Of a DNA stretch of 64,000 bases, positions 13,061 to 24,600 are shown piece after piece. Position numbers and translations under genes: made by a program. The first letter of the stretch is position 1. Each line of letters begins with the position of its first letter. This DNA comes from Macrostomum lignano (lineage: Eukaryota). The DNA lies in contig NIVC01001281.1 of NCBI GenBank assembly GCA_002269645.1, positions 62,001 to 126,000 on the forward strand, given 5' to 3'. The notes beneath the pieces are model-generated. The model was not told where the DNA came from, made no database searches, and saw only the letters and a list, made by a program, of their open reading frames with translations.

Positions 13061-13306
13061 ATTTTTTATTTAAATCGTTTTAGCAATCCCAAAAATGGAA
13101 TTTCAACTCAGTCAGAAAATAGAGACTGTCTTATCAGAACAGCAGTTTCTGTATGAACTGTATTTTCCCCGCTATCCCAATGGGGGGGCTCGTCGCCGGT
13201 CCAATATCTTTGCTATTCAAACTGCGCTACTATCACTAGTAAAGTGACAATTTAAGAGACATTGTTACTTTTATTTCAATAAAAACTCCCGCAGTCAAGC
13301 AGCCAG

Positions 13307-16300
13307 ATGCGCTCTTCAATTGTGTCGCCAGTTGCGCGCGCTTCGGCCCGACTATTCGTGTCGAAATTTTCCAGCACCTCCGACGTTGCCGCCGCCGCCG
13401 CCTCGGGTGCCGCTGGCCGCGGCAATCAGCAGCAGCAGCAGCAGGAGGATCAACAGCATCAGAAGCAGCAGCGGCCAGACGAAGAGGACTACGATAGCGA
13501 GTTCAACTCCAAACGGAACTATCGCCGAATGTTCGCAACCGGAGCGGCCACGGTGGCGGCCGCCGCTCTGAGCGCCCTTGCCGCGGCCTCCTGGACTGGC
13601 GCATTTGTACAGCCGCGCGCCGAGGCCAAGATGCTCAAAGTGACGGAGGAGGAAAATCCGAGCGGCGGCGGCAGCGGCGCCGAAGTGGCCGAAGCTGCTG
13701 GCGAAGGCGAAGAAGACGAGAAGCCGGGCAAGCAGCGGGTGGGCTTCCGCGACCGCAAGATCATCGCCTACGAGGACCGGATCCGGGCCTACAGTACCCC
13801 GGATAAAATCTTCCGCTACTTTGCCACGCTGCAGCGGGTTGAACCGGACGGATCTACTCAGGTACTGATGACGCCGGCCGACTTTGTGCGCAGCATCACG
13901 CCTGGAGTGAAGCAGCCTGAGGGCCTGGGCTTGGACGCTTTCCAGCGATACGATCCCACGAAGGACGAACTCAAGCTGGAGGTAAAGCGCGTCATTGAAA
14001 TTCTCAGAGCTGTGGAATTTACTCTGAGTTGCTTGAAAACCCAAAGATCCTCAGATATGGGAATGGGATTGCCGCTCTTCCACATCCTCAGATATGGGAA
14101 TGGGATTGCCGCTCTCCCAGATCCTCAGATATGGGAATGGGATTGCCGCTCTCCCAGATCCTCAGAAATGGGAATGGGATTGCCGCTCTCCCAGATCCCC
14201 AGAAATGGGATTGCCGCTCTCCCAGATCCTCAGAAATGGAAATGGGATTGCCGCTCTCCCAGATCCTCAGAAATGGGAATGGGATTGCCGCTCTCCCAGA
14301 TCCTCAGAAATGGGAATGGGATTGCCGCTCTCCCAGATCCCCAGAAATGGGATTGCCGCTCTCCCAGATCCTCAGAAATGGGAATGGGATTGCCGCTCTC
14401 CCAGATCCCCAGAAATGGGATTGCCGCTCTCCCAGATCCCCAGAAATGGGATTGCCGCTCTCCCAGATCCCCAGAAATGGGATTGCCGCTCTCCCAGATC
14501 CTCAGAAATGGGAATGGGATTGCCGCTCTCCCAGATCCCCAGAAATGGGAATGGGATTGCCGCTCTCCCAGATCCTCAGAAATGGGAATGGGATTGCCGC
14601 TCTCCCAGATCCTCAGATATGGGAATGGGATTGCCGCTCTCCCAGATCCTCAGAAATGGGAATAGGATCGCCGCTCTCCCAGATCCTCAGAAATGGGAAT
14701 AGGATCGCCGCTCTCCCAGATCCTCAGAAATGGGAATAGGATCGCCGCTCTCCCAGATCCTCAGATATTGGAATGAAATTGCCGCTCTCCCAGATCCTCA
14801 GATATGGATTTGAACTGCCACCCTCTAGGATTCCTGATCTCATATCCTAACTCTTATGTACGAGCTTATGAACTTGTAGATGCTGAGCGCACGGGTTTGA
14901 TAATGCTTTATTCGAGTGGAGAGCCTAGGCTAAACCCCTTCACATCTACTCAAATCCACACAGGTGCGCCCGGACTCGGTGTTCTACACCCTTGGCGACA
15001 AAGCTCTGATCAGCTTCAGCGACTACGTATTCCTGCTCACCGTGTTGAGCACCGCTCCGCGCAGGTTCAAGCGATCCTGCGCGATCAGAGCAACGTTGGC
15101 AAGCGGCACAGGGACCACAGCACCACTGGCAACACGCTTAAAGCCGAGATGAACACCGCTTTGGCCACGTATTTCTTTGGCGAGAACGGCCAGGGCACGC
15201 TCAGCGTAGCCCGCATGCTGGAGTTCCAGGCCAGGCTGCAGCGCGAGCTCAACCGCATCGAATTCGATCGCTACCAACCGGACGAACGTGACCGAATCTC
15301 CGAGCTCAGGTTCGCCCGGTTACTAATCACCTACGCCGGCTTCTCCGAGGCTAAGAAGCGAAAGATGCTGCGCCGAGTACGGGAGGCCTTCGGCAAAGGC
15401 GACGACGAGGGCGAGGACGACAAGGCTAAGGCGAGCAGGGGCATCTCCTTCAAGCAGTACGTCGAGTTCGCCCAATTGTTGAAGTGCATCGCCGATGTGG
15501 ACACGGCGCTGACTTTCTATCATTTAGGTGAGTTTGCGGCTGGCTCTTCAGGTCCAGTTCCTGTTCTGCTGACTCCTGAACACGATAATGGATACGTCTT
15601 GAAGCTGTACCTCCTTTATCTTGAAGCTGTACCTCCTTTATCTTGAAGCTGTACATCCTTTATCTTGAAGCTGTACCTCCTTTATCTTGAAGCTGTACCT
15701 CCTTTATCTTGAAGCTGTACATCCTTTATCTTGAAGCTGTACCTCCTTTTTCTTGAAGCTGTACATCCTTTATCTTGAAGCTGTACCTCCTTTATCTTGA
15801 AGCTGTACATCCTTTTTCTTGAAGCTGTACATCCTTTTTCTTGAAGCTGTGCATCCTTTATCTTGAAGCTGTACCTCCTTTATCTTGAAGCTGTACCTCC
15901 TTTATCTTGAAGCTGTACCTCCTTATCTTGAAGCTGTACCTCCTTTATCTTGAAGCTGTACATCCTTTATCTTGAAGCTGTGCATCCTTTATCTTGAAGC
16001 TGTACCTCCTTTATCTTGAAGCTGTACCTCCTTTATCTTGAAGCTGTACATCCTTTATCTTGAAGCTGTGCATCCTTTATCTTGAAGCTGTACCTCCTTT
16101 ATCTTGAAGCTGTACCTCCTTTATCTTGAAGCTGTACCTCCTTTATCTTGAAGCTGTACCTCCTTTATCTTGAAGCTGTACCTCCTTTATCTTGAAGCTG
16201 TACCTCCTTTATCTTGAAGCTGTACATCCTTTATCTTGAAGCTGTACCTCCTTTATCTTGAAGCTGTACCTCCTTTATCTTGAAGCTGTACCTCCTTTAT

Positions 16301-16653
16301 CTTGAAGCTGTACCTCCTTTATCTTGAAGCTGTGCATCCTTTATCTTGAAGCTGTACCTCCTTCTCACTTCCGATCTCTTGCAGCCGGAGCCGCTATCGA
16401 CAAGTCGACCTTCAAACACGTGGCCGTCACAGTGGCCGGCATTCAGCTGGACGATCACGTTCTAGATGTTGTCTTTGTACTCTTCGACGAGGACGGCGAT
16501 TTGCATCTTAGTAACAAAGAATTCGTGTCAGTGATGAAGCACAGGATGCTGCGCGGATTGGACAGGCCTATGGACACTGGGCTGGTCCGGTTCCTGTCAG
16601 CTCTGAGCACCTGCGCCCAGAACCAGGTGTACGGCTGGTTCGCTAAGGAATGA
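13307..16653 (+). CDS. MICU1: Mitochondrial calcium uptake protein MICU1; exon 2 lacks EF-hand 1 and is frameshifted as assembled (possible pseudogenised allele)
   Basis: Exons 13307-13981, 14964-15527 and 16385-16653. Signature motifs [82 protein letters not shown]. The frame changes at about 15062. Confidence 0.92.
14040..14812. repeat. 31/37-bp minisatellite in MICU1 intron 1
   Basis: Unit gggattgccgctctcccagatcctcagaaat, with or without gggaat. Confidence 0.93.
15595..16362. repeat. 22-bp minisatellite in MICU1 intron 2
   Basis: Unit gctgtacctcctttatcttgaa. The array ends about 20 nt before the acceptor at 16384. Confidence 0.95.
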
Positions 16654-18490
16654 GCGATCGTGTTGGTGTGATATCAACTATTTTTAGATACTTAATATAA
16701 TATATACATAATCACCTGTTTATCTCTGTTTGCCCAAGTGCCCTGCGCTCATCGCTATTTAAATTGGAATATAATTCATTAAATTGTTTTGCCGGAGTAA
16801 AAGCTAAAAAACAACGCAAAATTAAGATTCATTTTTTCTAATTTTTATGTACACACCTCTGCATGATTATGCCGCCGATATCTAACCATAACTAGCTTAG
16901 TATAAGTAACCTCGCACCTATTTATTTAGTTTGTGTAACCCAACTGCTTGTTTAAAATTTGTTATACTTTTTAAGTTTCACTACTTTGCGAAGCGATTTA
17001 GTGTCTCGTAATGATGACAACTCCGCCTTATCTTGAGCATATGACACGATTGGTCATTGTTGCCTACAAAGACTCGTGTAAAACTTTGTTATAATAGCAG
17101 GCTTCCCGTTAAATGGCTGCCTCTTTGACTTTGGTTTCTTTGCAAAGACGCCCAATTTCTAATACGCGTTTCGTTTCTATGTTGTCGTAGAATCTTTCCC
17201 TTCTCTATCGCGTCTGCTGGGCTTAGGGGTCTTTGTTCCGATTTAATTTCGATCTCAATTTCGCGAATGGCGCTGACTATTCTTAAGTGACATTCTCTGT
17301 TACTGTATAACAAATCATAATGATAGAATCAAATACAAAAAGATTTGCAGCTTTTTTCTTTGCTGACGTCTACAGCAAGTACAAATAATATAGGTCATAT
17401 TATACGAGCCGTAAAATTAACTAAGCTGTTTAATTTTGCTAGATCTTTTATTCATTGTTTATCCACCGACAACTAAGGAGGAAGTAGAAAAGCACCAACT
17501 CTCGAAAAAAGCAAAATCGAATTCTGCGTCGTATCCGTTTACCATAAAAAATCCATGTAAACTTGCGCTGAGATTAATCTCCGTAATTTCGCTTGTTTTC
17601 CTGTCTTCAAGTAAGTGCAATTCAAGTCCCGGTGCAATCACCGGTACGCTCGTATTACAACAGACTAGATATGTCATTTGAACAAAATGCTCTTTCTACT
17701 CTACTCTTTCAGTAGCAAAGTTAGCGTATTTACTTAATTATAGTAGAATTAGATCGTTACAATATACATAAGTTGTTGGCTTTCTTCAAGAAGACCCAGG
17801 CTACTGCTAAATCAGCGTCTTTCAAGGCTGCATTGGAATCAAAATTATGAAAATGAAATTACTTTGAGACCAGCTTGATTGCTAACTTCGCTATTCTTAT
17901 CTTTTAATTATTAGAAGGGCGCTATGCCTGTTTATTAGGTTAGCTGCCCTGCCCTAAAAATTATGTCTTCGAAATGTCGTGATAGCCATTCCGCAGCGCA
18001 GTGGGATTACACTCCCACATTGCTGTGCCATTAACGGCAAAGACCCTTTTTATGAAGGGCTGGTTGGGAAATTCAGTGCTGATTCTAAAAAACAACTGCA
18101 CTAGCTCTCCTGCTTTTTTCGTTTTCTTATAGGATACTTATCGCTGAGAAATTTCAACGTATGTATGAAGATAATTTTAGATAAGGCAATCAGAATTTTT
18201 ACAACGTAAGGCACACTTGCACCGCTCGACAAAACACTGCATTTGAACCACCGCGAATCACCATTTATAGGCGTAACTGATATCGTAGTCCAGCAGTGTG
18301 CCAATATTGCAAATGGACACTACTTATAGTAAAATAAATGACTATGAAATCCGAAATTAAGTACATTCTACTTGAAATGCAATTAAATGCTTGCATTTTA
18401 TACTCAAGCATGTACAGTGTATAATTGAGCAATGAGAAACATAATTTTAAAGTACAGTTTTGTTTAAAACACGTTCATAACAGTTTATAA

Positions 18491-21400
18491 TTAATCGTCC
18501 TGTTGCCGTACAACAACTTCGCCCCGCTCCGACCAGAAGAATCGAAATTCGGACGCTTTGTTGAGCAGAGCTTCCCAGTTGTCGCGTTTCGGTTTGCGCC
18601 ACAATTCGTGCGGCAGGTCCAGCATGCCGGCGATCACTTCGCGGCCGAAACAGTCCGGAAATGCCGACTCGTCCTCAATGACGTGTACTAAGCCGCTGTC
18701 GCGACCGAATTCCACGGCTAGATAGGGGAAGCCGCGAGGCACGGTTCGACGAATGTCCATGTCGCGCATTGGTACCGCTTTTTTGTTGCTGGCCCACTCT
18801 GGTCCGGCCTCCTGTTGGTGTTTAGACAATGCCAGTTATGATATTATCTAAGAGAAGAGAGAAGAGAGGAGAGGAGAGATAAGAGATGAGATAAGAGATG
18901 AGATATGAGAGATGAAAGAGAAGAGATGAGGGCAGGTACGAGAGAAGAGGGGAGAGAGGAGAGAGGAAAAGGAGAAAAGATAGGAGAGACGAGGGACAAG
19001 AGAGAAAAGAGGATACAGAAGGGAAGATAGAAGTTTCAAAGGATCCAAGGGACGTAGGGAGAGTCGGAGGCAGAGGCCAGAGTTTGCCAATACATGTTTT
19101 AGAGTCAGACAGACATTGCCCGACATTCTGCGCAGCACCCCAGCCAACGATATCAACTGTTTGCCCCAAATCCTAATTTTACACGATTGTACTCCATTTT
19201 ATGTTTACCTCTATTCCTACTAACTATTAACAAGTTTTGTTTGAGTATGACTTCAAATTTAAGAATTTTTGCAAAAATAGTTCTGGGGATTGGAATTACC
19301 CGGGTTCAAAATCCGCGGGTTTCAACAGCTTGTTGGTGACAGCCCATCCTTTGAACTCTGTTTTTAAACAGCAGAACAAACAAAATAAACAGTGCACTTG
19401 CCGTAAGCGCCTTGTTAAAGTAGATGTGAGCCGACTCGCCAACCTCCTTTGGCAGCGGGAAAGCCTCAACTAGCAGGTGCGGATGCCGGCTCAATCCCTT
19501 GGCCGTCTCTACAAACACGCAGTCCAGCTCCAGGCGGCCGAGCCGTTCAACTAGATGCCGCTTGATTCGCTCGAGTTCGGCGAATGCGTCGTCGTCCAGT
19601 TCGGCGCAGCAGGTCACGTGATTAACCGTGCTCAACAGGCAGTGCTTGTCAACTAGCGAGCGAACATCTGGCAGGCGAAGGTAGATGCGGCTGCCGCATT
19701 CAACCATTAGGCCGCGGGTCAGCTTCGCCGATTCGGCGTCTTTGCTGACATCGCCTTCCACACAGAGATCGCATCGCCGTCCGGTAGCGCGCATCTTCTG
19801 GCCAGCCAGAGCCCGGTCTCGATCCGACGCCTTCTCCAGCTGGCGCGGTCGCTTCGCTTTGCCGCCTTCGGCATACTCGCCAGTGGGATCGTCGGCATCG
19901 GCGGCCGAAGCGGAGGTGGCGGCGGGCCGATAGGCGCCAGCAAAGTCCAACTGCATAGCGCGCGAGTCGATTAGGCGCTCGTGGGCGCGCATCTCTTCAA
20001 TGGTAGACGAAGCGCCTAACGCGTTCAAGCCGGGACGTTTTGGCGCTGCTTTTGAAGACGCCGCCGACTCAGCTGTCGCCGCTGCTGCCTCCGAAGCCGG
20101 CTTGGCTACACGCTGTTTAATTCGCACCTTCAGCTTGCGGCGTTGAGCTTCTCGCATTACAGCCAGGCGTTTCTCGAGCTTCGACGCTTTTACCTTGTCG
20201 CCTTCTATTTGAGCGCGGAGAATCTGAGCAGAGAGCTGGTTGATGTCGTCTTGACGAACGTGACGCTCCTCTTCCACTGTGACCATCTCCGGCTTTGCTG
20301 TCTCTACCTCGGGGGGAGCCGCTCTGGCAGATTCCACTGGTACCGATCGATGCGCACCTGACCGATTCTGCTCATCGGACTTTGTTTGGCGAGAATCTGG
20401 GCCTGACCGTTGCTGGTCATCTGCTTCTGATCGGCGCCAATTAGCACCTGACCGTTGCTGGTCATCTGCTTCTGACCGGCGCCAATTAGCACTTGACCGT
20501 TGCTGGTCATCTGCTTCTGACCGGCGCCAATTAGCACCTGACCGTTGCTGGTCATCTGCTTCTGACCGGCGCCAATTAGCACCTGACCGTTGCTGATCAT
20601 CTGCTTCTGATCTGCGCCAATTAGCACCTGACCGTTGCTGATCATCTGCTTCTGATCTGCGCCAATTAGCACCTGACCGTTGCTGATCATCTGCTTCTGA
20701 TCTGCGCCAATTAGCACCTGACCGTTGCTGATCATCTGCTTCTGATCTGCGCCAATTAGCACCTGACCGTTGCTGGTCATCTGCTTCTGACCGGCGCCAA
20801 TTAGCACCTGACCGTTGCTGATCATCTGCTTCTGATCTGCGCCAATTAGCACCTGACCGTTGCTGGTCATCTGCTTCTGATCTGCGCCAATTAGCACCTG
20901 ACCGTTGCTGGTCATCAGATCTGTCCGAAACGCGCGCTTCTCTCTCAGACTTTCGATCTTCCAATTCTAATCTGGAGTCATCTCTGGTGGCATCACGACG
21001 CCGCGAGTCGCCCCGACGATCTCCGCCGTCGCGGCTTCCCCGACTCGAACCTTCATGGTCCTCGTTCTGGTGACGATGTTTCCAGCGCTGCTCTGCTTGC
21101 CTATCCCCATCCCTTGAGCGCTGTCCGGAATGACCGCCACCGCTGCCCATGAGACTGCGCAGCCTGTCCAGACTGCCCCATCTCTCAGCGGCCACCTCTT
21201 CAAGCGGACGGCCCTGCTCGCGAGCCTGCTCCTGACAGCGCCGATAAGCTCGTCGATACCAGTCCTGCGCTTGAGGCGGCTGCGGAGCCTGCGGCTGGCT
21301 GCCGGAAGCCTCACCAGCTGCCAAAGTCTCCCGATTTATAATCAGCCCAGCGCCGTGCTCAGCCAACTCCCGAGCAGCCTGCTCCTTCTCCGCCGCACGA

Positions 21401-21654
21401 ATCTTACTAGACGTGGCCGAGCCTAGAAATATATTGGCCTCCATCGCCTGCTCGGAGATGCTGGCGAACCAGTCGCTGCGCGGCTTTGAAGCCGATTTCG
21501 AATCTTTTTCTTCCCATTGGTAGCTGGCAGCAGCCTCCTGGCCCTGAGATGCTCCAGACGACGATGAAGAAGATGATGAAGAAGAGCGCCGCTTCTTTGA
21601 CTTGCTTTTCTTGGACTTTTTGGACTTCTTCTCGTGCTTAGATTTCTTACCCAT
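18491..21654 (-). CDS. CWF19L2: CWF19-like protein 2 (spliceosome disassembly factor), about 857 aa, 2 exons
   Basis: Exons 21654-19402 and 18811-18491, joined by a GC-AG intron. K/S-rich N-terminus; WYRRAYRRCQEQA...ERWGS; CwfJ C-terminal domains (CDLC, SLVDKHCLL, CVFVET, VPRGFPYLAVEFG, FGREVIAGMLDL). Confidence 0.93.
18850..19080. repeat. Purine-rich (GA) low-complexity tract in the CWF19L2 intron
   Basis: gagaagagagaagagagg... On the transcribed strand this is a pyrimidine tract ahead of the acceptor. Confidence 0.75.
19151..19333 (+). repeat. Dispersed repeat, CpG-retaining copy of 3-129
   Basis: Shared blocks with 3-129, plus an insertion of roughly 55 nt. Confidence 0.75.
20403..20916 (-). 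repeat. 45-bp coding minisatellite, 11 units (SGANWRRSEADDQQR) within CWF19L2
   Basis: ctgaccgttgct recurs every 45 nt from 20403 to 20898. Confidence 0.95.
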
Positions 21655-24600
21655 TTGTAGCAGTTTCAATTTTGGGGCTGTAAAAGCAATGTTTGTATAT
21701 TAAATGTAAAGTATTTGATCTATTATTGAAAGATTGTTTTACCATATCGAGGCGAGAGGTTGTCACTTAAAATTAATAGGTTATCATACAATCTGATACT
21801 GAAAACTTTTAATATTAAGATAGATAAAACAGATGTCTTCTTTAATTCATTAATTCTGTCTAATCCTTTAAAGTAGCTTGTATATCCAAAATGGTGCACT
21901 AAAATAAAAGCTTATTACCCTTATTAACATTTCATTGTTCATCAAGAACCTGAGATTGTAATTTGACTAATTTGCATTTAATTTAAATTGTATCTATATG
22001 AAAATATATTAATTAGCTAAAAATCATCTAATGAAAGTTATAGTGTTAATATAACTGATAACAAATATTTCATAACTAAAATCTATATTTGATAAATAAA
22101 ATATGCCTAATTTCAGCAAGCAAACTTCATTGAATAAAATATTATGCAATAAACTATTCTCATAGCTATTAAAATACATGTATATTTTGTATTATATTGA
22201 ATTGCAATTGGTCAATAATAATAATAATAATAATTAATACTTGACCAGTTGACCTAATAGGCAGATAAGTAACCACAAGCTTATCTATAGCGAGCCCCTA
22301 TTGTATTATTTTCTTTTTTTCTCTTCTTTTCTTATAAAGGCTATCTATGACTACTCAGTCTTAGGACTAAGGCCTTTTTAAATATACCTTCAATTATTCC
22401 CAATTAATGCTAATATCCATTTTATAGCTAGGTAGACTAATGAAATGCAAAGTTAAGCATCTTGCTAAAGGACACAAATTGCTTAGCATAGGTTGAGAAT
22501 AAAACTTTGCAACTTTTAATTGTATGTCTAAATACTAATATGCTTTAACTACTAAGTTAAAACCCCTTTTCAACTTTATAATTAATTACAATTAGTATAA
22601 AAGTGAAACCAATAATGAATTATTTAGGTCTTATATGTACTTTTCACAAATTGTTTTATTTATAAGGCTATAGCAAATTAGCAACTAGGCTTATTTGCAA
22701 AGCCATAGTCAGGAAGGTGGCCTTTTTCATAGAAAATTCCTGCAAAAAAAAGGGTTAGATGTGCGCTGTGCTGGCGCAGTCCAGCAAAACAGCTAGCAAG
22801 GGAGAAAAATCTAGCGCAATATGGCACAAGACAAAAATGGCACAATTTGGTGCATGACAAAAATTTCCAACAAGACAATATTTTCTCTGACAGAAAATTA
22901 GCATGTAACTTCTTTTTATCAGCATTTTTATTTGCAGTTTATTGATAGATTTTTTAATTAATTTACATTAACATTGCATTTTCTATGAAACAGATTCAAA
23001 TAAACATTTTACTGGTATCTTTCAAATAAAAAAATAAATTTTTAAATTTTGTTTCAAGTTGTGATACATGGTATAAGCAAACTTTTTTGATAGGATTTAT
23101 TCCAGCACAGGTGTGCCATGATTTTGACTATGGATATAAAGTTCTGGTATCTAATCTTCTTGAACTTAAGCTCTTTTTCTTGAATATATTGAAATTAAAG
23201 TATCCCTAGTCAAGTGGCTTATTAACATATGACTTTTTATAACAATTGTACTAATATATCCTTTTTCTTTATTTATTTATATTTTATTTTAAGATCTATT
23301 TTTATAAAGTAGAAACTTGCCTAGGCCTAATCCTTTTTGCTAATTTATCATTTCTATAATTTGCATTATTAGCTTAAAAATATTTTTAAATTTAAAATTT
23401 ACCTAATTTATTACATTTTTATTCATCATCTAGTTACATACAAATATTTTAAATTTATAATCTTCTAATTTTATTTACTTTTATAAATTCTAAATAAACC
23501 TAGCTATATTTTTTACATTTATCCTTTTTTATTGAAATATATTATTTTAAATATTATAATATTAGCATTAGGCCTAACTTATAACTATTGTCTATTGCAA
23601 ACGTTCAATAGGCTCAATGCCTCAATTGAATTTTAAAATAAGAATCCTTAAATAGAAATATTAGAAATAGAAATATTGGGTCTCCTTACCTTACTACCCT
23701 AGCTATGATTATAGAATTAAAAGTGGTCTATACTTGCTTTGATATCAGTTTTAGGACTACTTATACACTTAGACATATAAGCCATAGGGGGTAAAGATGA
23801 CCAACTTATTTATAGGCCCTAGGCCTAGTTTAGTTACAATGTCAATAGAATTAGGCCTATAAATAATATATAGGGCAAAAGCCTGATAAATATTCTGTAC
23901 ATTATTCATGTTATTGTTATTTTGAATTTGTTATTTTCTGTTTTTTACAATTTTTACACCAGCAGCAATGCAGATAGAGGAACTAAAGCAAATTACTTTT
24001 CCCTTGGCCTTGTAAGACCTATTTCCTGTTGAGAATTTAGTCTATACGAAATATAGGGCTTACAATATAATAAGTTACTAACAGATAGTATTAAGGACAC
24101 AAGTGTTGATAGTCAGAGCTAGGCCTAGTAACTGCTCTAGCACTGTGATCTCGGTCAACCCCAGGACTCCAGGATTCACGTCACGTCTGTTTAACGGTTT
24201 AGGGTCGTTCTCAAAGTTTAGTCGTAGGCAGTGAAACAAATATTTTTGAAAATCAGCCTGAAATATTGAATCTTTTCTTATTTTAGCTCTAAAAGGACTT
24301 AAAAAATATATGCCTCTCATGGGTCTTAATCTTTTTTAACATTGAACTTTTGATGTTAATCTCATCAGAGTGCGCTATTTCATTTTTCGATATATATTTT
24401 TATTATCGCACGAGCTATAATACCCACTTTAGAGAAGCTACATTCTGTTCACGTGGTCTTATTAAAGAAGAAAATTGATAAATGTTATTTATAACTTTGG
24501 TTAACACAACCTAGAACCCATTTAACTCTTTCGATTGCAAAGCAGATGTTGCTATTTCGATTTTTGCTAGAAACGTAACATTATGAATGATTAAAAAATT

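Noticed and set aside
10025-14739. Repetitive ORFs ([26 protein letters not shown] types)
   Set aside because: They are translations of intronic or intergenic minisatellites; the splice sites that rebuild conserved proteins exclude them.
15055-15075. Programmed ribosomal frameshift in MICU1
   Set aside because: There is no slippery heptamer, and a frameshift would not restore the ~21 missing EF-hand residues.
17990-18040. Hairpin in the MICU1/CWF19L2 3' interval as a SECIS or pre-miRNA
   Set aside because: It lacks the SECIS AUGA/GA quartet, and the stem is too short for a pre-miRNA.
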